Counted from the stretch's first letter, positions 1-12,010 are shown. The stretch is 64,000 nucleotides of DNA from Tetramitus jugosus (GCA_937625935.1 OW569395.1:243065-307064); one strand, 5' to 3'. Notes: generated from the sequence alone by a model not told the origin. Numbers and translations are program-made.

Positions 1-1148
1 TTTTCTCGCATTCATTGCACAACCAGTCATCATTCGGAATGGCAGTTTAGATGCTTATGAATCTACTTTCATATAGGTTTGTGTTGGAAATATATCTGGA
101 TTTCCTGTTATTAACAGGAAGGAGAGAAAACAGTCAACCTTGTTGGACTACCGTGCACCATATTGTTCCCAGACGGGAATTGGGAAGGGCAGAGAAAATG
201 AGTCAGCTCCACAGAAATTTCGTCGAGCAATCATTGATACAGTTCAACCGGTAGAGACGAGAGTAATTGTCCATAGTTTGGATGAAGATGACAACATCAA
301 CTCTTCGTCAACTTCTTCTGAGTCCTCTAGTGATGAAGAAGAAGTAATTGTTGCCTATACTCCTGTTGTCTCTCGTGTTGGTAGAAGAAGACGACGTAAG
401 GTATCAAATTCTGAAGGAGATGAATCAGTAGGGAATATTGCACGAATATAATGAACGATATTTATTAATATTTGACACAGTCACTTTTCAGAGACTATCT
501 GCTTGTGTGTTCGATATTAATTGTCGTTTGGCCTTACGGGCGAGTTTTGCCTTCTTTCTCGATACATTTGAGCTCCCACTTGCGAAGATTTAATATACGA
601 ATCATCTCACCCAAGAACAAATTGCAGAACACGAACTGTCGGTGAAGTGTTTGGAGGAAGAGAGATTCATATGCTTTGGAGGCTTGAAGAAGATAGATAA
701 GATGAAGTCGGAAAGCGTCCAGATATTATTTTCACCTCTGACTCCCTCCCTGTCTGTTTTGAATAAATTTGAATAACACATTTTCCTGTAAATTCGTACG
801 TTACATTAATTCCTACTAGGATTGGGATCAGGAGACCCCTATGAATAAGTATTTGAATAAATTTCTCAGATCCCCTCCCTAGGGGCGTAAGAAATAATAT
901 CGGGACGCTCCCCCAGTGAGTGGATGTATCATCCTCTTCATCATCCTCAATGACTCTCTTTCGTTTGGATAATTTAACACCATCAGCAGGTGCGTATGTT
1001 ATCTTGGGAGTCATCGTTGTGTGATAATTGTCGGCTAAGCGCCGTTGACGCTTACGTAAAAAACTTTTGGTCACACAACCACAAGACGTCCTTAATCAAT
1101 TTGACCAATTGATGGACTCAATCTTGGATCTTCGATGTTCAATTTGAA

Positions 1149-1505
1149 TTGCCAGAAATCAAAACGCCTATGATTGTTCTGTTGCCCGGATCACTGTCCT
1201 ACCAAGATGTTCAGATTGCTTTGATTGAGTTTGATCAGGGAGTATCTCGAACATACTGTCCTCTTTTTCCCAATCAGATTTCAATGTCCATTGCCGTTTA
1301 TGGAACTCTTGCAACCAACCTGGTCTATGTGGACGAGCCAGTAAGTTCGAAGATTGGAATAATCAAAATTGGTATGAGTGATACAACTGCAGGGCTCAAC
1401 AGAACAGTTCGTGTGACCATGTACTTCGGGAAGTCAGAGATAAAGCTACATGCCGTGGAGAGGAACTACGGTAGGAAATATGAGGCTTTGTTCATCACAA
1501 GATGA
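1149..1505 (+). pseudogene. C-terminal fragment of an HSPA12-like (atypical Hsp70) protein
   Basis: RTYCPLFPNQ..MSIAVY..VYVDEP..KIGIIKIGMSDTTAGLNRTVRVTMYFGKSEIKLHAVE resembles the HSPA12-family C-terminus (G.l.idmPD..GldR.V.vtm.FG.tEik..A). No ATPase domain ORF is present upstream. Confidence 0.5.
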
Positions 1506-2220
1506 GCCACAAGGGTGGAAAGTATTTAAGAAAATGAATAAATATATTTCACTACTCAGTCTGCCAGTCGTTTGAAAATTGTCTCAACAGAGGCTTAGGA
1601 AAAAACTCGGTTATCAACCTCACATATCAACCCTGGTCTTTTGATTGAACTAACAAGCATTTCATACTCGACAGGAGCATCTTCATGTTTCTCTGGATTG
1701 AACAACTCTTTCCCTCCAAGTTTGGTATAAAAACTCCCATTCTAGGGACATATAGAGTTAAACTGACAAACAAAGCCAACGAACTTTTTCCGCAATCAGT
1801 AATGTACTCAGTGACAATTCCCTTAGTTGGTGTTTCCTTACTCAGTTCTACCTTGATCAATTTTGTAATTTCTTCTTCGATCCTTGCGATGTCGTCAATT
1901 TCTCTTTTTCTTTCTCATCATCCTCCTTTCTGACAGAATGTTGGCTATCTTAAATTCGGTCATATCTCTTTCTCTTCTCAAAATCTTTTCCAATCCCCAA
2001 AGAGACATCCAATTAGCTTCTGATGGAAAATTCTCTTTTTCTGATCGAATGTGGGGCAATCTGTCAAGTTCACAGATTTAGAGAGCAGAGAGTAACTCAG
2101 ATATACTATCCAGAGTAGTATCAAAATGATATTGACCATGGACTTGTCAAATCCTTCTTGGAAAAAACTGCTGGAACATATTGAACTTGGCTTCCTGTCC
2201 TCTAATCTAAACTGAATGAA

Positions 2221-2300
2221 AAGGAATGATTTTAAATGATCTTGGGTGATGTGGGATGATGTGGAATGATGTACAATGATGTGGAATGATGGGGAATGAT
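2221..2300 (+). repeat. 10-bp period minisatellite, consensus GTGGAATGAT, about 8 degenerate units
   Basis: aaggaatgat tttaaatgat cttgggtgat gtgggatgat gtggaatgat gtacaatgat gtggaatgat ggggaatgat. Confidence 0.8.
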
Positions 2301-2417
2301 GATGGTTTTCAATAAAACATTATTTTTATCTACGATCTCACCATAAATTGTCAATTGAATTGTTTCTAGACAAGGTCACTACAAACAAACAACAAAATAC
2401 TACCAATACAGTCACTT

Positions 2418-4114
2418 ATGTCAGATAATAAGAAAAGAAAGTTCGAAAAATTTGCAGCAACTCTACCCAAGAAAGAATGTAATCTTTGTGGAGAAGAATA
2501 CCCTGTGAATCAACTCTATGGTCACTTGAGAGAGTGTTTGAGAGACTGGGAGGAGATGTCTGGTCTTCCTCATGTTTGTTTCTGTGGTGTGTCAACCACC
2601 AAAGAGACCATCCAATCAATTCAAGCCAACATTCAACCAACACAGTCAAACACAAATAACCCACAACAACAACAACCTAACAGTGGATTGAGTACTGAGA
2701 ACTGGACACAACAACAAACTATTCAAAGCCCTTTCACACAAGAAAACTATTGGCTCCAAAAGAAAGGCCAAACTGAAAAAAAGAGTAAGTCAAAAGTTAC
2801 GAAAACGTGCTCAATCAACGGTAAGTTTTGCAAAACCAAGGACTCACCTCTACAATACTATGTGGTTGTGTCTGTGGGATCAAAAAGCATCAAGATATGT
2901 AGAGTCATCCATTTCAGTTCCACCAATATCATACCACTCCTATCAGCAATAACATTGATGTGTGCAAAGGATCAAGATATTGTTGCTTGGGCACAAGAAA
3001 CAACACATAAGTGTACCAAGTGTAACAGGGCATGTAACGACTTTTTTGCCGTGTGTAGTTGCCGTCAAGAGAAAAGAGTTTCAAATTTTGCAAAACACAA
3101 TGCATAATGGATTACTTTGAGTGCAAGCGTGCAGGAGATTGGGAAAGCTTCTGTAGGAGTAATTCTGAACATTCCAACTACAATTCACCATATACTAACT
3201 TCTTTTAAAAAAATTTAGGTTACTTAGTTACATTGCTCGAAAATGAACCGAGATTATACAAGATAATTGAAGTTGCGTTACACGAGTTGAATGGGAGTGA
3301 ACAAGCGCTTTGACGCATCCCTTGCTTTAAGTTTTGTGATATTAGGTTTCTTCACACTCACCCTTTCAATCAACTCCTTAACAACACTTTGGATTAGACA
3401 ATATGTTGTAGATGATTTCTTGGCATGGATTGCGGATACTGACTCCTCCCAGATTTACAGATATAACTATGCCACATTAGTATGTATGTCACATGCGATG
3501 GACCAATACATTTCTCTTCCATTGCGTGACAACCGTGACAATTTTGGTGTACATTGGAGAGGTGTTCAAATAAATTTGGTCGGTGATGGAGTTGAACAAT
3601 CAGTAAGTAAAAGTATTGATAAATTAATTGAGAGAAGTCTCTATTCTGGAAAGAAATGCCTCCATACGTTTACAAAGCTGGCATATTGCAGTCCAAATGG
3701 AATACTCTATTTTCTTTCCGCTACTTATACCGGATGTAAAACCGATTCTCAACTAATGTCATTTCCGAGGAAAATTATATTTGGGAAAATCTTGATGAAG
3801 ATGAATACATTGCGCTTGATAAAGGTTTTAAAGGCTTTCAGAAATATTGGAAAAGTGTGGCTATGCCATTTATGTATGCTAGAGATAGTGAATTATTACC
3901 GGAGGATGCCGATTTCAATAAAGAATTTGCCTCTATAAGAACAGTAATTGAAAATGCGTTTTGTTCAATTAAGAAATTCAGAATTTGCTCTGACAAGCTC
4001 AGAGTGAAAACAAGTGATCTAGAACATGCCAAATGTGTGCATGATATGGCTTGGAGATCATGCACCGGTATCGTGAATTTGGTTCGTGCACCACTGAAGT
4101 CTTTTCATAATTAA
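2418..4114 (+). mobile_element. PIF/Harbinger-superfamily (DDE_Tnp_4-like) transposase gene with N-terminal Cys/His zinc-finger region, multiply frameshifted
   Basis: HTH-like LWIRQY..FLAW; catalytic motifs VGDGVEQ, LYSGKKCLHT, SPNG..GCKTD. After a -1 shift near 3766: YIALDKGFKG and FNKEFASIRTVIENAFCSIKKF. ORF 2418-3107 has CxxC..HxxxC and further Cys clusters and continues after a -1 shift near 3072 as FKFCKTQCI. Branch point TACTAAC 3193-3199 with acceptor AG at 3218. Confidence 0.8.
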
Positions 4115-4271
4115 GATTTTCAATGATTCGAATAAATAAACAATGATAAGGAATGATTTATTAGACTTGGACGAAAACAAATAAAAAATGGGTTGGTGGG
4201 TGATGTGTGCTTTTTTGTGGATGGATTGGAAGTGAGTGGAGTGCTTTGTTTGTGTGAAAAAATGCCGATCT

Positions 4272-5239
4272 TTATTCCTCGACACACTTGTCTTGCTCGA
4301 CAAGAGTGTCATCAGTAATAAAAAAATCTACCTCGTCCATACAAATGGTCATCGGTTGTTCTTCTTCTTTCTTCGGCATGATAGTGTAACTATACTTCAT
4401 ACCTTCATGCATGTACATACCATTCATGCATTTTTTGACATCCACGCTCTTTGGCAGAGGAATTTCGATGTGGTGGCTCTTCTCTTCTGCCCTTTGTTTC
4501 AGACATCGGAGACCCTCAACCGTCGTTCTTCGCGCGATCGCCAATTTTCCAATGTCCATAGAGGGAAATGTCCACAAATGGAGATCAAGCACTACAAAAT
4601 AGGACTTCTCCTTCTTCTGAATTTTGACATCCTGTCTGTAGTGTGAATTTGCGCGCCATTCGTAGTAAAAGAAGTTGTCGCTCTCCATCACTTGATACAA
4701 CAGGTGAGGGGGCATCTCCTTATGGAACTGCAATCTTAAACTTTCCAAATTCATCTTGCTAGGAGCACCAACTAATGTAACTCCAGCTTCTTGATCTTCG
4801 TCAGTACTTACTTCAGATTCTGATTCAACAAAAGGCCTATTTCTCTTGGCTCTCTCATCACGTGCCTTGTCTTGTATGGAGCGGCTCTGTGAAACCATCT
4901 CAAAGAACTGATCTCTCATATCGACATCAGACCTTTTCTTTGCCTTTTTGTTCTCCATCTCATCGTCATCATCAGCGCTCTCTCTATCACTCTCTTTTTT
5001 CTCTTTGGAGCAGCCTTCTTGCAGTATCTGTACACAGCACTACCAATTTGCTCTGGGGATCGTTCCCAATGTGGGTTCGACTTAGACATCAAGTCACACA
5101 ACTTTGCATCAGTATCAGTCGGATGATTCTTCTTGTGAAGACCCCAGGATATCTTCAGTTCTTCTATCAAATCATCAGACCACTTTCCAGTCTCAATTAC
5201 CTTTGGTGAAACCTCCTTTCTTCTACCCCTTCTTGTCAT
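4272..5239 (-). CDS. Myb/SANT-like N-terminus + acidic linker + alpha-crystallin (HSP20)-like C-terminus; one -1 frameshift in an A6 run (4995-5000); probable Harbinger accessory protein
   Basis: ORF 4916-5239 has GKWSDDLIEEL...WERSPEQIGSAVYRY (Myb-like W / RS..Q pattern). Adding one A joins it to KESDRESADDDDEMENKK and ORF 4272-4958, which carries ESDNFFYYEW..QDVKIQ..IEIPLPKSVD..EGM..TIMPKKEEE (ACD-like pattern). Confidence 0.5.
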
Positions 5240-5303
5240 AATTGGTTGAGTTCAACTGAAAGATTGAACTCAACTGAAGGCATCAGCAACTGCATCAGCA
5301 ACA

Positions 5304-5735
5304 ATGTTGATCGAAATGTTGAATTCGAACTCGCACAAAGTGGGCGAACATTCGTTTGTTGCATCATTTGGACTCCATCACACAATAGCCGATGCCATTT
5401 TCTCGACATATCTTGCACGAGATATTGATCCATTCCACTTCCTTTGGACGTTAATTTATTTAAACGAATATAGTGTCACTCGCGCAGTTCATTGGAAATG
5501 GAGAGTATCTAGAACAACATTTATGGATGCAGTGTGGTCCACACTTCGACAATTGCAATATCTCTTACCCGCATTCGATATAAACGATCGAATGGTCTTT
5601 GAGCACTAAAGAACAAGCATGTTTCGTAACATTTGGATGATTGTGGATGGTACAGAGTGTCGTGTGAAACGCCAAAAAAGTATCTATCAACAAAGAGGAC
5701 AGAAAAACAACTATCATTTCGAGTTCTCTCGTTAA
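5304..5735 (+). mobile_element. Second, 3'-truncated PIF/Harbinger-type transposase pseudogene
   Basis: FVASFGL..HFLWTLIYLNEY..WRVSRTTF (HTH region). In-frame TAA at 5607-5609, then in the same frame MFRNIWMIVDGTECRVKR (first catalytic Asp motif). Confidence 0.7.
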
Positions 5736-6202
5736 TCAACAGTTGGCTTTGTTCGGAAATGGTTTTTTCTTGTTTTTTCTCTTCGTTCCTGCTGACAATC
5801 CCTACTGGCTGTGTTTTTCCTCTCTAACAATTGGATTTGACATGTCAACTGGAGCCTCTGTTTCCCATTCTGCGTTGTTGAGGTTAACTTTTGATTGAAA
5901 CTCTGAACACAATGCAGAGTCAGCACTACGATTCTTTTTCTTGTTTCCTTTCGCTACAGACTTTTCAACTATGATGATACCTTTTTGGCTTGAGAAAACA
6001 GTGTTCTTTCGTCACAAGAAAAAACACAAAAACTGCTTACAACTTCCTTCAGGTCAAATGTCATTGTAACATTTTCTCCGATCAACTTCCACACAATTCT
6101 CGACCGAGGCGCCAAACCTAAAAACCGCGCAAAAAAAATCAAACAAAACACAGCGATTCACATAACACACAACAACACGAATACTACTACACTTGACAAG
6201 CG

Positions 6203-7006
6203 ATGCAACCCATTAGTGCCATCAGTGTAGAATTTGATCGCATCTCTCAAAATCGACTCAATCTCAGCAACGCCATCATTGACTACAGTGTCTCTATTGA
6301 AGATTTGGCCATTTTACTGGAACGTGATTTTGATGCATCACAGGACGGCGTAACAACTGAAGAACAATTGGCACACAAAAAAGTCATGTCTGAACTCGAA
6401 CATTGTATTCGTGTTTTTTTGAGTCAGAGTCAGCGTATAGAGACTAGAAAATCATCGTTTGATCAAATGATTAGGGCATGTGGGAGTGAGATACCTGATG
6501 ATTTGATGCAAAAATGGGATCAAATCGTAGAAGGCAATGAATTGGATGAGAGCGGAGAAATTGAGATGGGCGGAGAAAATTATGGGCGGTTAATGTCGGA
6601 GGCGGAGTTGAAGAAGAATGAGCGGTATCGAAGGTTCATGACTGAGATTTTTAGAGTGCATCATCCGAATGAGACATTGTCGTTTGATGATGATGAAGAT
6701 GAAGATTTGATTATGGGTGCAGCAGAGATTCAAATTCATTGTCCTGTCGGAAAAAATATTATGGAGCAGCCAGTAAAGTCGAAAAAGTGTGGTCATGTGT
6801 TTGATAGGCCGAATATTGTCGATTTGATTCGGACGTCGGGTGGTGGAAGAAGAGTTGTGGATTGTCCAGTGGCTGGTTGCATGTCTTCGATTGCAGAAGC
6901 TGATTTAGTGGCTGATAGGCAAGTGGAAATTGATATTCAGAGAGAGATTCGAAAGAGACGTGAGAAGGCATCTCAATTGACTGACGATGCTGTTGTTTTG
7001 GAGTAA
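6203..7006 (+). CDS. NSE2: E3 SUMO ligase NSE2/MMS21 (SMC5/6 subunit), SP-RING domain
   Basis: C-terminal HCPVGKNIMEQPVKSKKCGHVFDRPNI...VDCPVAGC preceded by acidic DDDEDEDLIM; helical N-terminus. Confidence 0.9.
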   Translation: MQPISAISVEFDRISQNRLNLSNAIIDYSVSIEDLAILLERDFDASQDGVTTEEQLAHKKVMSELEHCIRVFLSQSQRIETRKSSFDQMIRACGSEIPDDLMQKWDQIVEGNELDESGEIEMGGENYGRLMSEAELKKNERYRRFMTEIFRVHHPNETLSFDDDEDEDLIMGAAEIQIHCPVGKNIMEQPVKSKKCGHVFDRPNIVDLIRTSGGGRRVVDCPVAGCMSSIAEADLVADRQVEIDIQREIRKRREKASQLTDDAVVLE

Positions 7007-7327
7007 TTACTATTATTTTGAGATGATGAAAATGATTGTAAATGAATGGCATTTGACAGTTGTCGCGCATTGTAAAATAATGAGAAGACGATAAAATGAG
7101 TGTCCCATGTATGCAAAGAGTCACTCTTAACTTTTGTGCTCCTGTGAGTTTGACGGTAGATAAATGGATTGTAATCTGAACAAGAATCAAATTGGTCGAA
7201 GATCCAATATCGCTCACAATATTTGCCCACATACACATCTGCCAGATTGATTAAATATTAGATGCACCGTTTGTGTCCGTGCATTGATTTTAATAAAACA
7301 TAAGTTAATGTCAACCAAGAAGAAAAC

Positions 7328-8356
7328 TTAAGCTAATTTTTCAAAGGCCCATCCAACCAAGTAGGCCATCGCCGTTGCGAAACCACCTTGAAGTAACATG
7401 ATCACACCACCCTTGATCACCGACTTTCTGACCAAAAAGTTCTTGAGAGCACCGAGAGCAATCAGACTCAAGCCAGTCAATCCAATCGAGATCCAAAAGA
7501 ATTTATCTGGTCTCGTTCTCACTGACTTGGCCGGAGCAAAGATGAAACTAATCAAAGGAACAGCACCAAACACAATAAACGACAAGAACGTAATGACACC
7601 TTCCTTGATTGGCTCCAACCATCCTTGTTCCTCTACTTGAACACCTTCAATCTCCAAAAGCATCACATCTGCAAACACAGCCTTGTTCTCTCCCAAAAAT
7701 TCCACAATCATCGCCGAATCATTCTCGTCAAATCCCTTGTCCGTAAACACTTGGCGCATAATTTTTTTCTGTTTCTCCGGTTCTCTCTCACACCGCCACA
7801 GGTATTGCCTGCGAAGCTTTTTGGCCTGTTCCACCTCCGCTCTAGAGCTAAAGTAGTCTCCTAGTCCCATAGCAAACGCATCACCCACCAAATTGGAGAA
7901 ACCAACAATTAAAAGTGCATAAAAAGAGAGACCTGATGCAACAGAGGCAGCCACAATAGCAAATGTAGTAATAATACCGTCTAATCCTCCAAAAACAATA
8001 CTCTTGACGTATTCACCTACCAGAGCATGCTTTTCCTCGTGAGCATGTTGAATATCAGAGTGAGAGCTACCTTGATGAGTCGTCAGTGCTCCACCATCTT
8101 CATCGTCACCAGTAGGACCACTAATGGATTTTTTTCGTCTCTTTTGTTCATGTATAAACTTTGATTGGGAAGAGTCGTTGGCACTGTAAGCTTCTGAAGC
8201 CAAAATCATGTCATCCCGCACACCCACACTGTAAATGATTGTTCGGCAAAAATTTGACGCGCCAAAAAAATGGCGCCAAAAAATGATCGTGTTGGTTTTT
8301 TTTCATTGTTTCAATCAACGGCACAACGAATGCACTTACACTTTTGATTTTCTCAT
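7328..8356 (-). CDS. VIT1/CCC1 family vacuolar iron/manganese transporter; 2 exons (8356-8340, 8228-7328)
   Basis: YVKSIVFGGLDGIITTFAIVA, NLVGDAFAMGLGDYFS, TFLSFIVFGAVPL. Intron 8339-8229 (GTAAGT...TTTACAG) gives the in-frame start MRKSKV|VGVRDD. Confidence 0.9.
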
Positions 8357-9595
8357 TCTTGTTTGTTATTGTTCGTTATTGAATGATGATGTGGTGATTG
8401 TTGTTTGTTTCAACTTCTTGTTGTTGATGAATAAAAAATTCGTGTTGCTGTTTGAATTTCAAATGAAGAAATCTTCCATTTCATCGGCAAAAGATCAATT
8501 TGCGCAGTTTCTTGCCCAAGCATTCATTCACCCGGCTGAGCTTTGTCGGAAGACCGACACGTTCCTCGCCACTCCCGCCTTCATTTGTTGGAATACGAAC
8601 CTTCTCTCACACAATCTTCCTTCCAAAAGCTCGCCACAACCCGGGTAAAAAAATAAAGCGCCGCCTTGGTACTCGGCGTGTCAGGTAGCGTTCTTTTGGG
8701 TCTTTGGTTGCGCCAGTTGTCAGAGTGAGAGTACGGTTCATTGCACAGCAGGAGGGTGCTCTGGGTTCGAGCTCCATGGCTTGCTCTACCTGAGCAAGTG
8801 ACGTTGTTTGGTGTTGAACGCGCCCCAACCAACAAAAAGAAGCAGCTCTCATTTTGTTTCAAATGATTGGATGTTTATTCTTCAATGTAAGAGCTAGTTC
8901 TTGCTCTCTTGGTTGTACTATAACCGTTATCTTGTTCAGTATCTTCTGGTTCTCTCAGTCTCTTGTTGCTACCGTCGATTCTATCGGCATGCAATGCTCT
9001 CAATGCAACAGACACATATTCGGAGAACTTCTTGCGACTTTTCAGAGCAGCCTGAGCACTCATGGCAATCTTCAACAGAGTATCATCCCTTCCATTATAG
9101 ATTGCTTGTTTTTTCAATACATCTTCCTTCCTCTTCTTCTCCTTGAAGAAGGTACAATGAAGCGTTGCGAGAGAAACAATCTTTTCGACATCCTCTCGCT
9201 TCAAGTTTGTTCGTTCCAATTTCTTGGCAGCACTGGGCAAGGCATAGCTAATTCCCAGAGGATCTAAACCCAGGGCCGGACCAGCAATTAAAATCATTGT
9301 TTTCATTGCGAGGCAGTAGAGCTTGACATTGTATACCGTAGTTGTTGTTGTTTTTGTTTGCCAGTCGGAACAAAAATTTCCGACAGGTGGCGCCAGTCAA
9401 CCAACTACAGAAATTACTCCGCAAAGGGATACAAAAAATCCAAAACATACAAACTTCCCGTCAACAACAACAAAGCTATAAGAAGAATTGGAGACAAAGG
9501 AAGAAGGAAAGAGAAGAACATCAGAGATGTTGGAAAAGAATTAGAGTCGATGGTGACTCCTCTGTTGATCAACACAACTGGGATGGAAAGCAAAA

Positions 9596-10442
9596 TTGTT
9601 CGACTATGTCAAAGGATTCCAAACTCTCTATGGGTATGATCGGGTCACCTACAACATTCATTTGCTCATTCATGTTGGCTGGTGTTACAAGAGACATGGA
9701 CCGTTGATCTGCTATAGTGCCTTTCCGTTTGAGAGTTTTAACAAGATTGTTCTCAGTGGGATACATGGCACCTATCGTGTTGAGAAGGGACTGTCAGAAG
9801 CGATTCCGCTCTATCAGTTCTTGGACCGTCGAATGAGTGAAGTGAAGGATGATACGACAAGAAAAGTACTACAACGAATGAAGGTATGTGAATGACTTAC
9901 TGTGTGCTTGTTGAGTTGTCCTGACTAACACTTGTGATGAAAGAGCAAAAAGATGGTGATTAGCAACAAGATTCAAGTGCCCGCTACATCTAATGATGAC
10001 CGGACTGTCTTTATTTACGGTCAAGACAAACAAAAGTCGTCATTAACTCGGGATTTCAGTCAAACAGTGTTCAAATATGCGAGAATTGATGGAAAATTGA
10101 TAGAGTCCAGAGCTCATGTCAGGCAAAGAACTTTTCAGAACAGTTTTGTCAGGTTCAAGGACCGATCGTATGTATTACTCTGCATTTTGTGTGTTTGTAT
10201 CAATGTTGACCTACCTCAAATGGTGACATAGGATTGGAATGATCCACAAGATTTACAAACAACAAGAAGGAGATGAGGAGAGATGGATGGTGACTGTGAA
10301 GAACGTGCACAACAAGCGTTTGATGACAATGAACAGTAAAGATCTACGAGAGATCAACAATTTGTTGATTGTATTTATTGTGGATGACCAAGTTGAGTAT
10401 GTCATGGATGTGCTGGATTGGCACGCCATGACACTGAGATAA
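9596..10442 (+). mobile_element. EnSpm/CACTA-like transposase, 3' fragment with two introns
   Basis: FQTLYG..VTYNIHLLIHV..HGPL..YSAFPFESFN is the typical CACTA/EnSpm-group C-terminal motif. GTATGT donors at 9884 and 10168, branch GACTAAC near 9923, acceptor CATAG at 10231. N-terminal catalytic part absent. Confidence 0.7.
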
Positions 10443-10810
10443 GCCCCGCTACAAATAAAGCTACCATTGAACTCCACTGCTGCATCTACCTTTCGAACTT
10501 GGCGCATGACTCAGAGCTCGTTGTTGTTCCGTTTCGGACTGCTCTACCTTGAGACATGACGCATGCGCAGACTTCTCCAGGTATCAACCAAAAAGGGGAC
10601 CTGGCGTGGTTTTTTCCTTCTTTGTCTCCAGCCTGGGGCACGTTGCTCGTTCTTTCGTGTCGTGCTTGAGAAGAGAGAACAAAATGGAGGTGGAGCGGCT
10701 CGGGAGTCAAAAAAATTTCACCCGGGAAACTTCAAATCTCAAACGAAAAAAACACGAAATTTTTTCGTCAACAAAACACGAACGAAAAAAACAAACCACA
10801 GAAGAAAAAA

Positions 10811-11824
10811 ATGAGTGTAGAACAACAGCAACAACAACAATTCACGGGAATCAACACAACTGATCCCTATCCATCACCCTACTACTCCCAACAACAACCA
10901 TCATCATCATCATCCACAAATGAACATTATTTTGACATGAACCAACAATCATCATCACAACAACAACAAAATGAAGAATCATCATCTCTACTCCATCATT
11001 CTCCGACCACCAACAACAACAAGAAGAAGAAAAAAAAGAAGGCATTTTGTTGTGGAGCCGCTCATTGTGCCCACTCATGTTCATGCAACATTGGTGACTA
11101 CATTAAGAGTGTACTATTTGGTGGATTAGACGGTATTTGTACAGTTTTTGTTTGTATCGCTACCATTGTCAATATATCAACGGGTCACGTGCCCATGATT
11201 TACATTTTGATATTGGGAGTGGCCAAATTGATGAGTGGAGCGATTAGTATGGGCATTGGAGATTTTATGTCATCCAAGGCGGAAGTTGATTTGATCCGAT
11301 TGGAACGAAAACGTGAAATGTGGGAGTGTGAAAATTTTATTCGCGGAGAAATGGATGAAATGGCGGACATTTATGTAGAGAAGGGATTGAAAAAGGAGTC
11401 GGCAATGAAGATGGTGGAGCTCATGAGTCGAAACAAGAAGGCTTTTGTCGATGTGATGATGGTTCAAGAATTGGGTCTTTCTGCGGATTACGATGCTTGG
11501 TTCCCGCTCAAAAGCGGACTAATTAATTTCTCCTCCTTTATTTTCTTTGGATCGATTCCAATGTTGATTTATGTGGTGACGACAGTGGTGGACAGTGTGG
11601 GCAAGAATAGGTCCAATCTGGATCAACATGGTATTTTTTATATTGATATTGGAATTACGTGCTTTACGTTGATTCTCATGGGCGCACTCAAGAGCAAGTT
11701 TTCTTCGCAACATTTTTTAATTTCCATCTTGTTTACGGTGATTGTGGGAATCATTGCAGCAGGATCGGGTTACCTTGTGGCGTATTTGTTGGCCACGGGA
11801 TTGCACATTAAGAATGTGGATTAA
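10811..11824 (+). CDS. VIT1/CCC1 family transporter, second paralogue
   Basis: YIKSVLFGGLDGICTVF, SGAISMGIGDFMSSKAE, ERKREMWE, FVDVMMVQELGL; Q/S-rich N-terminus. Confidence 0.9.
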   Translation: MSVEQQQQQQFTGINTTDPYPSPYYSQQQPSSSSSTNEHYFDMNQQSSSQQQQNEESSSLLHHSPTTNNNKKKKKKKAFCCGAAHCAHSCSCNIGDYIKSVLFGGLDGICTVFVCIATIVNISTGHVPMIYILILGVAKLMSGAISMGIGDFMSSKAEVDLIRLERKREMWECENFIRGEMDEMADIYVEKGLKKESAMKMVELMSRNKKAFVDVMMVQELGLSADYDAWFPLKSGLINFSSFIFFGSIPMLIYVVTTVVDSVGKNRSNLDQHGIFYIDIGITCFTLILMGALKSKFSSQHFLISILFTVIVGIIAAGSGYLVAYLLATGLHIKNVD

Positions 11825-12010
11825 ATAATATTGTTGTTTTCGTTTTTTCCCGTGTGAAAGTACGTGCATGTTTTTATGGATTTAGGTCCAGTATTGTGAG
11901 GATTACGTTGACTGTCATTTCGAACAAAAGCTTTTGTTCCGTGACAACAAGTTGGTTAACAAGGGAAAAACGAAAGTGGAACTCTGGAAAAAAGAAAAAA
12001 ACCTGTTAAC

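Noticed and set aside
1-1100. ORFs 140-451 (+) and 667-1074 (-)
   Set aside because: Short and low-complexity, with no recognisable motif; possibly decayed genes but not assignable.
1627-2200. Possible frameshifted minus-strand coding remnant
   Set aside because: Reads protein-like across a frame change near 1910-1930, but no family is recognisable.
2330-5950. Terminal inverted repeats and target duplication for the Harbinger block
   Set aside because: No convincing inverted pair found by eye.
8581-9595. ORFs 8875-9306 (-), 9342-9707 and 9358-9639 (+) as CACTA accessory genes
   Set aside because: No diagnostic motifs and no CACTA termini identified.
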